Shown here: piece by piece, positions 37,443-47,909 of the stretch
How positions within the stretch are numbered: position 1 is the first letter of the stretch
Layout: every line of letters starts with the position of its first letter
Assembly (NCBI RefSeq): GCF_001194135.2
Contig: NC_068981.1
Location: 32,733,619 to 32,781,527 of the forward strand
Reading direction: 5' to 3'
DNA: 47,909 bases
Source of the DNA: Octopus bimaculoides
Lineage: Eukaryota
The notes under the pieces: model-generated
Databases searched by the model: none
Told to the model about the DNA's origin: nothing
What the model saw: only the letters and a program-made list of their open reading frames with translations
Position numbers and translations under genes: made by a program

Positions 37443-37501
<59 letters not shown>

Positions 37502-37532
37502 GACGATGATCGTGGTCGTGGTCGTGGTCGTG

Positions 37533-37602
<70 letters not shown>

Positions 37603-37865
37603 CTGTTGTTGTTGTTGTTGTTCTCGTTGTTTTCCAACAATTGAAACATCAAATAACCTGTGATATTCCCACCACGGCCATCTTTCTCTATGCAATACGC
37701 AAATAAATGTTGCAAGGCAATATTTTCATTCGTTGTACTTATTATTACAGTTGTTTTTTGTTGTTGTTGTTGTTGATGTTGTTGATGATGATGAGGATGA
37801 TAATGATGATGATGATGAGGATGATAATGATGATGATGATGATGATGCCGCTATTGCTGTTGCTG
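37433..37865. repeat. Trinucleotide cluster (GAT)n(CGTGGT)n(AGT)n(GTT)n plus a second (GTT)/(GAT) block
   Basis: Directly visible. Confidence 0.95.
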
Positions 37866-38030
37866 TTGATATTGGTAGTTATTAGGTTGATATTATTGGT
37901 ATAAACCGCCTTTGATTCTTTCTGCATACAGACACCAACATACATTTACATATATGTATACATACATGCATACATGCAAACAATCACACATACCTATAGA
38001 TATAAATATACACACAAATATATATACATG

Positions 38031-38062
<32 letters not shown>

Positions 38063-38775
38063 ATTACATGCACACACACGCACGCGCGCACACACACACA
38101 CTCTCACACACACACACACACAAACTCATGTCTTACTTCCTTCAGAAGATATCAAAGATAAAAAAAATAGACTCCATGGAGAGAAAGTAAAGCAATAAAT
38201 GATATTTATGAATAAGTATATATATATATATATAAGTATATATNNNNNNNNNNNNNNNNNNNNNNNNNNNNNNNNNNNNNNNNNNNNNNNNNNNNNNNNN
38301 NNNNNNNNNNNNNNNNNNNNNNNNNNNNNNNNNNNNNNNNNNNNNNNNNNNNNNNNNNNNNNNNNNNNNNNNNNNNNNNNNNNNNNNNNNNNNNNNNNNN
38401 NNNNNNNNNNNNNNNNNNNNNNNNNNNNNNNNNNNNNNNNNNNNNNNNNNNNNNNNNNNNNNNNNNNNNNNNNNNNNNNNNNNNNNNNNNNNNNNNNNNN
38501 NNNNNNNNNNNNNNNNNNNNNNNNNNNNNNNNNNNNNNNNNNNNNNNNNNNNNNNNNNNNNNNNNNNNNNNNNNNNNNNNNNNNNNNNNNNNNNNNNNNN
38601 NNNNNNNNNNNNNNNNNNNNNNNNNNNNNNNNNNNNNNNNNNNNNNNNNNNNNNNNNNNNNNNNNNNNNNNNNNNNNNNNNNNNNNNNNNNNNNNNNNNN
38701 NNNNNNNNNNNNNNNNNNNNNNNNNNNNNNNNNNNNNNNNNNNNNNNNNNNNNNNNNNNNNNNNNNNNNNNNNNN

Positions 38776-38831
<56 letters not shown>

Positions 38832-39648
38832 CATGCATTTTCGTTTAATTTTCGTTTTCCTTTTTGCATTTTCCTCTTTAAGTTTTCATTAGTATCTGCA
38901 ACTATTTTTGAAAAATTTGAAATGTTAAATAAATTTTAAACTTAAAACTTGTATATAATGCTTGTAAATGTAAACATGTGTATTAACGATGAATGTCAAA
39001 GGTCCCCTTTTCATATTTCTTAAGTTTCTTGGATGTATGTCTGTGTAAGACACATGTGTATAAGGGTCTTTTAAAATGTCCATCTATTTTCTTCCACCTG
39101 AGATATTGAATCAATTTTCGCAGTACATACATACATACGCACATGCATACATACATTCATACATACACACATATACATATATATATATATGAACATCTAT
39201 GTTTATATGTTTGTAAACACACATATATACATATACAAACATATATATATAAGTTTAGTAGCACAATAGTGCAAATAGTATAAATAGAATCAAAACATAA
39301 GTGCAGTTTAAGTGTCATACACAAAACGAAACTTTGGACCACTAAGTCACATTGTAACTGCTATAGATAGATGGATAGATAGATAGCTAGATACATACAT
39401 ACATACACACATACATACATGCATACATACATACATACATACATACATACATGCATACATACATACATACATACATACATACATACATGCGTATTTATGT
39501 TTTAGAGACTTATTCAAGTTCTTAAGTTCAAGGAACAAGGCAAGATATAAGAGATTGCAAATATGTAACTGAGTTGGTATATACATTTAGGTTTATACAT
39601 TCATATCCCATATGAGAATGTCTCTTTACTGCTTAGGTAGTTGAGAGA

Positions 39649-40041
39649 GTGGAGGCGCAATGGCCCAGTGGTTAGGGCAGCGGACTTGCAATCGTAGGAT
39701 CGCGGTTTCGATTCCCAGACCGGGCGTTGTGAGTGTTTATTGAGCGAAAACACCTAAAGCTCCACGAGGCTCCAGCAGGAGATGGTGGCGAACCCCTGCT
39801 GTACTCTTTCACCTCAACTTTCTCTCACTCCTTCTTCCTGTTTCTGTTGTACCTGAATTTCAAAGAGCCAGCCTTGTCACACTCTGTGTCACGCTGAATC
39901 TCCCTGAGAACTACGTTAAGTGTATACGTGTCTGTGGAGTGCTCAGTCACTTGCACGTTAATTTCACGAGCAGGCTGTTCCGTTGATCGGATCAACTGGA
40001 AAACTCGTCGTCGTAACCGACGGAGTGCCAACAACAACAAC
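39649..40041 (+). mobile_element. tRNA-derived SINE family C, full-length with TSD
   Basis: A-box TGGCCCAGTGG, B-box GGTTTCGATTCCC, (CAA)n tail; 10-bp TSD AGTTGAGAGA at 39639-48 and 40042-51. Confidence 0.93.
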
Positions 40042-40284
40042 AGTTGAGAGAATATGTGTGTGTGCATCATTACTTTTTTAATATGTGTACTCGTAGATGC
40101 ACGCAACCGTGTGCATATATTCATTTCAAGAATCTTAGATAGAGAAACTTTGAAATGCCTTTGAAACGTATGCATATATGTTCTCTTCTGTTTTTGATTG
40201 TGTAACTTCTTCCTCGGACGAAGGAACAGTTTTCTGACAAATATACAAAGCTCCATCGCTGGATTGTTGATAACAAAAACAATG

Positions 40285-41520
40285 CCCCAATTTAAAGTTG
40301 CGAAAAGTCTTGCATATTTTTACTGTTCCACTTACAGATTGTATTTGTAATGTGCGAGGAAGTTGGTTGAATTTTTGTCTGAAAACCCCAGCTTATCTAG
40401 ATTTCATTTATGCATTTACTCACAAAACTAAGAGCACCGGTTATTATTGGTATAAATAAGAATTCATAGTCTGGACATAGAAGCTGGAGTTTTAGAAGCA
40501 GATGTCTGTAGTTATTCTCTTTCTCTTCGATTTTCAAAAAGATATTCACATCAGCAAAACAGCTGACCTCTATGATGGCATATACTTTTTCATGTTTGTA
40601 CCATACAATAATATCTAGCCTGTTATATTTATACTAGTTAGATGTTTTGATGGGAATGTTCCACCAGTATTCATTGTTTGATGTTTGTGTATGTATTCAA
40701 TAACAGGAGAATTCTCTGTATTTGTACCAGGACAGGCATTTTCCGAATGTCATTGTATATTGTTTTTACGACAACGTCGTATCAGATAGGGAGGTATTAC
40801 TTTGAAGACATTTTGGAGGCAGCTGCTAATCACATATGTGATGTATTCCACAGAAATATGACATAATTTACATTTTCGGTTGCATCATGGAGCTCCAATG
40901 TCTTCACTGTCTCTTTTGTTGATTAGGTATTTAGTAGCAATCTCTTGTTCTTGTATTGAAAATGCATAACCTTCAACGTATGATGTGATATAGCGATTAC
41001 AAGTCCAAGGGAGGCTTCGCTTCATGTCAATATTACTCTCTTCGGGAAAGCTACCCATGCATAGATTTTTGGTTTTTATTTTTTGTGGTATGTTAGTCCG
41101 GCTGTCTTGGGGTTGTATAGAAGGTCACCAGGAAGAGGGGGCTTCTAGAGAGCCCTGCCGACACGTAGGATATTGTCCTTTTCGATTTTCAGCACTAACT
41201 TAATGTATTTATTTTTGCTGATGTTGTTTAGTAAACGCTGTCTGAAAAGAGACTATACGACATTCGAAGACTGTCTGCACTGATTTCAAGCCTGTACCAT
41301 CTTTATCTTTTCTTAGATAGAACCTGTCGACAACACTATTTCTGTGGAAATCTCCAGTTGTTGTCAGTATCTTACAAGTTTTAACGCATACGAAATGGAT
41401 TTCTTCTACTAACGAGTCAAGAATCTCAAATGCTGAAATCAGCACCAGAGATGAAAATGCATTGTAGGATATTGTCTTTTTGAAAGAGTAGAGATCCGAC
41501 GGCCATATTATTCTAAATCT
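40285..41520 (-). mobile_element. Decayed R4/Dong-like (RLE-type) non-LTR retrotransposon, 3' part of the ORF
   Basis: With frameshifts and stops: KTCKILTTTGDFHRNSVVDRFYLRKDKDGTGL (post-RT motif), EGYAFSIQEQEIATKYL, CKLC..VEYITH..SSC (CCHC), YDVV (RHD variant), EYWWNIPIK, NRLDIIVW..IEVSC..EEKENNY (PD-D/E-K nuclease), IPIITGALS. Confidence 0.88.
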
Positions 41521-41534
41521 GACGTAATCTGACG

Positions 41535-41608
<74 letters not shown>

Positions 41609-41647
41609 AAGACAACAGACAGAAAGACAACAGACAGGCAGGCAGAC

Positions 41648-41680
<33 letters not shown>

Positions 41681-41690
41681 AACAGGCATA
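41535..41690. repeat. (GATA)n/(GACA)n microsatellite
   Basis: Directly visible. Confidence 0.95.
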
Positions 41691-43204
41691 TATATATTTA
41701 TATTCATATACATATGCATATATATTCATATATACATACATAGATATATACATATATATATATATATATATACATACATATATCTATATATACACATATA
41801 CACACACATATACACACATACACACTCACAGATATATATATATAGAGAGAGAGAGAGGGGGTAGGGAGAGAGAAAAAGAATGAGAGAGAGAAACCACCTC
41901 GTTCCTTTTCCGTGATATCAAAACTGCTACATATTCATGTCTAAACAAGTAAGATTCTTTAGTCCAACACTGGCTGTCGATGTGGATAATCACCGAAACA
42001 TTTATCATTTCGTGCAATAAACTACTGTAGATATTCCATATCTTCTTTACTTCGTGTATTTGTGTTCCATTTTTTTTTTTCGTTTTTGCTTAATTCACAT
42101 AGACATAAAATCATAGCACCAAATTACCAACTGATTCCTTAAACCCTCTCAGTGACTAAATATCTTGTTTGAGTGATATAAGACTACTTTACAGAAGCTC
42201 ACGAGGAGTAAAATAAACAAGAGAAAGAGTAATCCATATATGTTTCGTCGCATGTTTATTTAAGTTATTCTGCTTATACTCGAAGTTTCCATGTTCTGTA
42301 CGTTTCATCAGAGCGCTAGATATAGCACTCGAAAGGAATTCGGGATAGAGCCGTAACACGACAACACATTGGCCTAGTCAGGCCACATGTGACTCGTTCT
42401 TGAATTAGGATGTGAAAGAGAAATCAGGATTTCATACAGCTAGTTCTAGAGAAGTAATTAGAGTAGAAAATCTTAATTATTAAATGTAATTAATTAAAAC
42501 AATCAGTCAAAGGCAAATAATTAAGGTTGAAATGTGGAGGCGTGAAGAAGTAACTCAAAGGGATACTTTAAATATTACCAGGTAAAATTAAAATAAACGG
42601 AATTAAATTGATTTGAGGTTATTAAAGTGGAATAATTAAAAAGGTATAATTTATATGATGCCATATTTTAAAGAGGGGATCATTTTAGTATTACCAGGTA
42701 AAATAATATAAAATAAAATTATATGCAATTATTCGAGTAAACAGAAGGGGAATAACTTAAATGCTACCTAATGATAATCGGGATTAATCACTGTGTTGTT
42801 AATGAAGAGGAGTAACGAGTTCAAAGTACTGTGATTTAATTCACAATTAACGAACTTGAAATTAAATACTACGATTCAAGAGGCATTTTTACTGCACAGC
42901 CCTGAATATCTGAGCTTGTGTGTGAGTGTGTGTCTGTCTATTTATACGTAAGTATTTGTCAATGTGTAAGGATATGCGCGTGCGTGAGTGTGTATGTGTG
43001 TGCTTGTATTTGTACGTGTGTGTATCTCCGATGAAAGGGAACAAACAAAAAATTTGAAGTCACTGTCAACCTTGTCTTTGTAAAAGTTAATGAAAAGTAC
43101 ACGACGAGGAAGTGTTAAATAAGCCTTCAGTTAAAAACTCTTTTATAACTTGAGTTTAAAAACCATGTAAGTGTGTGTGTATGTGTATGTGTGTGTATAT
43201 ATCT

Positions 43205-43490
43205 GTATGTATGTATGTCTGTGTCTGTCTGTCTGTCTGTATGTATGTATGTATGTATGTACGTATGTACGTATGTATGTATGTATGTATATATGTATGT
43301 ATGTACGGATGTACGTATGTATGTATGTATGCATGTATGTATGTATGTATGTATGTACGTATGTACGTATGTATGTATGTATGTATGTACGTATGTACGT
43401 ATGTATGTATGTATGTATGCACGTATGTACGTATGTACGTATGTATGTATGTATGCACGTATGTATGTATGTATGTATGCATGTATGTAT
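43205..43490. repeat. (TATG)n with periodic TACG/TGCA variants
   Basis: Directly visible. Confidence 0.95.
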
Positions 43491-44492
43491 ACATGTGCCT
43501 GTGCTTGTGTGTGTATGTATGTCCGCATTCATGCATATACAGTGAGAGAGAGAAGAAGAGAGAGGTGGGGAGTAGGGGAGAGAGGGAGAGAGAGGGTGTA
43601 GTACAGTAGGAAATTGAACTACATCTTTATCGCTTACCAAACGATTGTGTTCAGTTTAAACTACGGAGCGCTAAGAGATCCTTAAATTAGGTACGTAAAA
43701 CTATTTGTATTGCCATATTTTCAACTGAGAAACTCTGTTTATAAGCATCGTATATTATATACAGTAATAATGTTCAATAAAGCAAGATATGTCGCCATGT
43801 TTCGATGTTCACTACAAAATTATCGAGCTTATTTCTTGTCAATTAATTTATTCATGACATTAGTCAAGGGAGTTAATTCTAAGAAGTCTCACAATCATCT
43901 AGAAACTGAGGTTAAATCTCCTTAAACGCATACCCTAAAATCTTAAAAAGAAATTAGGGTACTATTTGATAATCGAGTTCTGGAACAATGACGATTGATA
44001 GCGGTTAAAAAGTACTTTGGTCATAGATCTACTCGATAAGATATAAACTGCACAACACATCAATAATATGAATGACAAAAGACCATCACTACAGACAATG
44101 TGAGAGCCAAAGCAGTAAATTTTATGTTGCTGTTTTATCGGCTAGAATTAACAGCTGAATTCCTTCAAACCATACCCTGCTGTTTAAACAGAGACAAGAT
44201 GAAATTTAAGGCTGGAACGCTTTTGATTTTAAGCCTACTCGATCAGAGCTAACCAGGGGAACAACGTGAGAGCTTCAACATAATTGGTTGTTCAGCTAGA
44301 AATTGTAACTAAATCTCTTTCGAATTATCTCCCATGCCTTAAATGAGAACGTACACATTAGGTTATGTACTCCTGCATACACTACGTCTGAAAAAGATTA
44401 GATTGCCGTGGCTGAGACACATTTAATCATAGCTTTGCTCAATCAAAGCTTGGCTTGTCTTAAATGACAACATCATTATCTTCGCCATCGCT

Positions 44493-44637
44493 AGACATAG
44501 CTGTGTCGTTTCGCTACCACATGGTTTCATGTTTGACTCCCTTTCACGGTAATATGGACTAGTGGCTTCTAGCATATTCTCAAATCGACGAAATCTTTAT
44601 GAACTAAACTTAGACGGAAATTATTTGGAAATTTGTC
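44493..44637 (+). mobile_element. Very old SINE family A copy
   Basis: agctgtgt...ctaccacatggtttcatgtttgactccc...tagacggaaatt. Confidence 0.45.
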
Positions 44638-44990
44638 AGCGTAACCGTTTCTGATAAAACCACCACCTGGGCCTTAGAATTCCTTCAGAAATTCTACACT
44701 GTTGCCAGAATTCGATGCATGTCTCCGGTCTGAGTAAAATTTCTCTCCTTCCTTCTACAAGTCATGGTAGACTTGAACAAAAGTTACGGGTATTACTCTC
44801 TTTATTCTGACAAAATAAAAAAACTATGTTCAGTACGTTTTTCATCGCCATCCTCCACATGATCATGATCATCATTACCAACATCATCACCAAACGACTC
44901 AACGAGAAAGCGATTGCTCTTTCTGCTAGAAATGTCAGTCAAATCTAAATCACATGTTACCATCTTAGAAGAAGAAGTGTCACATTAGAT

Positions 44991-45361
44991 TGTTGGCAAT
45001 ACGTCGCTTACGACGTCGAGGGTTCCAGTTGATCCGATCAACGGAACAGCCTGCTCGTGAAATTAACGTGCAAATGGCTGAGCGCTCCACAGACACGTGT
45101 ACCCTTAACGTAGTTCTCGAGGATATTCAGCGTGACACAGTGTGACAAGACTGACCCTTTGAATTACAGGCACAACAGAAACAGGAAGTAAGAGTGAGAG
45201 AAAGTTGTGGTGAAAGAGAACAGCAGGGTTCGCCACCATCCCCTGCCGGAGCCTAGTGGAGCTTTAAGTGTTTTCGCTCACAACGCCCGGTCTGGGAATC
45301 GAAACCGCGATCCTATGACTGCGAGTCCGCTGCCCTAACTACTGGGCCATTGCGCCTCCAC
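44991..45361 (-). mobile_element. SINE family C, full-length with TSD
   Basis: Reverse complement of the 39649 copy; perfect 11-bp TSD TCACATTAGAT at 44980-90 and 45362-72. Confidence 0.93.
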
Positions 45362-46070
45362 TCACATTAGATAGGTTAATTATACAAATACACAATCGAC
45401 TAAAAATAAATGCCGTAATGACTATAGTTGAAACGTTGTTTTTTTTTTTATCACAGGTCGAATGTGAACTGATATGGAAATAAAGATCAACAACGACGTC
45501 GACGACGACGACAGCAACAATAACAACAACCGCTTCACTCCATTTCGTCGTCAACGTATCTTGTTTTTCAACTTCAGATCAACTCTAACAGAAAGTACCT
45601 ATGATCAAAGATATTTCAGTCGTGACCATACGATCCTTTAAGTCAGAATCAAGGACTACAATGTGTCTTTATAATGACCATGACTAATTTGAACACGATT
45701 TAGCTGCTTTTGCTAACTGATGGAGTGACTATGTCAAGATTATGGTATCGAGTTGAGGTAACTTCCTGTGAACTGCATCTACAACAAGGTTTCAATTCTC
45801 ATTGCACTTCGTTTCGCTTCATGTGAGAATCTTGTGAACATTTCTATTAGTCTTTCTTCAGCCCACAAAGCTCCTTTATGAATGTGAAAAAAGGAAAAGC
45901 AAGAAATCATGGAGTATTGAAAAATAGGAGGACAGATAGAACGAGAAAAGAATAAAGCACATGATTGAATGAATGAATGAATGAATGAATGAATGTAATA
46001 AGGAAATCAAAGAAAGATGAACGAAAGACAGAAACAAAGAGCGAGTGACAAAAAGAAATGTAGGAACAAA

Positions 46071-46405
46071 GAAGGCATGGCTATGTGGTTAAGAAACTCG
46101 ATTTACAACTATGTGGCTTCGAGTTCAGTCCCACTGTGCGGCAGCAATACATTGAGAATGAATTTGGTAGACGGAAACTGTGTAGAAGCCCACTATGTGT
46201 GTGTGTTTTCCATCACCACCATCACTTGATGACCGGTGTTTTTTTTTTTCGTTTTCGTCCCCTAACTTAGCAGTCTGACGAATGGATCCTATAGAATAAG
46301 TACCAGATTTTAGAAAAAGATATCGTGTAAAGCGTTTAAGGCGATGCCCCAGCACGGCCGCAATGTAGTAACTGAAAACAAGTAAACGAAGAAAAGATAA
46401 AAGAA
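46071..46405 (+). mobile_element. SINE family A, internally deleted
   Basis: Head ggcatggctatgtggttaag...gagttcagtcccactg; tail aaggcgatgccccagcacggccgcaat...actgaaaacaagtaa. Confidence 0.8.
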
Positions 46406-47032
46406 AAGGAATTAAATGAAATAAAATACCTGAAAGAAACAAACAAACAAACAAACAAACAAACAAACAAACAAACAAACAAATAACTATGAGTGGCATA
46501 AAGTACGAAACGAATATTACATGAGTTTATGTTTCGGTTTGCCTCGAGAATGAATGTCGAGTGAAAAATAAGGGATTGCTTCAGACTTAGATCCTTACTC
46601 TCCCTTTCTCTCTCTCTCTCCCTTTCTCTCTCTCACTCTCTTTTTCTCTCTCTCTCTACTTCTTTGTCTACCTGTCTTTATTTCTACATCTATCTCTCCC
46701 TCTATATCTCTGTCTTTTCATATCTCTGTCTTGCTCACTTGATCGCTGGCTTAATTTCTCATCCTCTTTCTTTCCCCCTTTTCTCTATTTCTCTCTCCTT
46801 ACCCCATTTCCTCTCTCATTTCTCTATCTATCTCCTCTCTTACTTCATCACTTAATCACTAACTTTCTTTCTCTCTTTCTATCTTTCTCTAACCCTGATT
46901 CTCTATATATTTTCTCTCTCTCTCTTAGTATTGCAAGAAGGTAGCCTTCACAAGACATCTGCAACAGTGCTGCTTCGACTGCATAATTCAAACAATAACC
47001 ATACACACACATATATATAAACATAAACACAT

Positions 47033-47148
<116 letters not shown>

Positions 47149-47909
47149 AACGTAAAACAATTTCTCATCGGAGGATTTTTCTTTCAGACTACGAGTAATA
47201 GAATGCTTGGATTGAAACGAGCATCTTTTGTGCAGTAGAATTATTTTTGCTCATAACCTGTCCTACCTCCGACCAAAGGTTACTCAAAGACAGAAAAGGT
47301 GAAAGAACAAAAGTACGTTTAGTTCCTGATTCAGAATGCAATGTTTTATAATAAATGATGTAAGGATTGCTGAACAACTTGCACAGACGATTTGTTTATA
47401 GCGATCAAATATTTGTGTTGTACATTACCTCACTCTTGCCATTAAATCAACATTGACTATACAGGTGCATGGTATTCCACACGTCAAATTCAAAAGTGTT
47501 CGCAGAGCAACTTGAGATAAAGTGTTGTGCTCAAGAATATCCTCTAGCAAGCGCATGCTAAGACAACTTTAGTCTTTACTGATATAGAAATACAATGATT
47601 AATCACGAGTGTCGCAGTTAGCCGTTAGACTGGATAAAAATTCGTTACTAACGTCGGAAGCCAGTGATTTGTTAATCACTGTTTTCCTATGTGGATAAAG
47701 ACTGAATTTATGTTAGTATGTTGTTACTACTGGGTGCTTTCTAGTGATGATGCTCAGTGAAGCAAAAATACGTATTTAACAATACTACCACTGCTGTTAG
47801 ACACTTTTGCTTTCTAACGAATACATCTCAGTAATTCTTTTTTTTTTAACTATACGTCTATGTGAGATGCTTTATCGGGACGAATACCACAGTTTCCAGG
47901 TTTTTACAC

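Noticed and set aside
37364-37663. ORF with poly-D, RG repeats and poly-S resembling a nucleolar protein
   Set aside because: Entirely explained by adjacent trinucleotide slippage arrays; no splice or unique coding context
39651-39725. tRNA gene
   Set aside because: The A/B boxes run straight into a SINE body with a tail and TSD; the same applies to all SINE heads here
42295-42340. Hairpin GAGCGCTA/TAGCACTC between TTCATCA and GAAA
   Set aside because: The core halves lie on opposite strands and there is no valid NUH site

Overview
This is AT-rich, non-coding eukaryotic DNA packed with microsatellites. Twelve assembly gaps cover about 5.2 kb, and almost all are bordered by simple repeats. 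The tRNA-derived SINE families and microsatellite density resemble octopus genomes; this is an inference from recalled repeat families, not a database search. I can support no complete protein-coding gene. The ORF track consists of N-runs, translated microsatellites and transposon debris. Supportable content: (1) at least four SINE families, including two full-length copies with target-site duplications (TSDs) in inverted orientation; (2) Tc1/mariner-superfamily remnants, namely two maT/DD37D-like fragments and a mariner MITE; (3) a hAT MITE with perfect TIRs and an 8-bp TSD; (4) a decayed R4/Dong-like RLE LINE; (5) an LTR-like unit with four 90-bp E-box/CCAAT repeats upstream of a correctly spaced TATA and initiator. 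The most interesting signals are several minimal type I hammerhead-ribozyme motifs of the kind known from Penelope-like elements, and a ~210-bp-arm foldback whose 12-nt loop is identical to half of one of those hammerheads. These are repeat-derived RNA structures, probably of known classes. I see no evidence for a wholly new system. A few exon-like segments are reported at low confidence.
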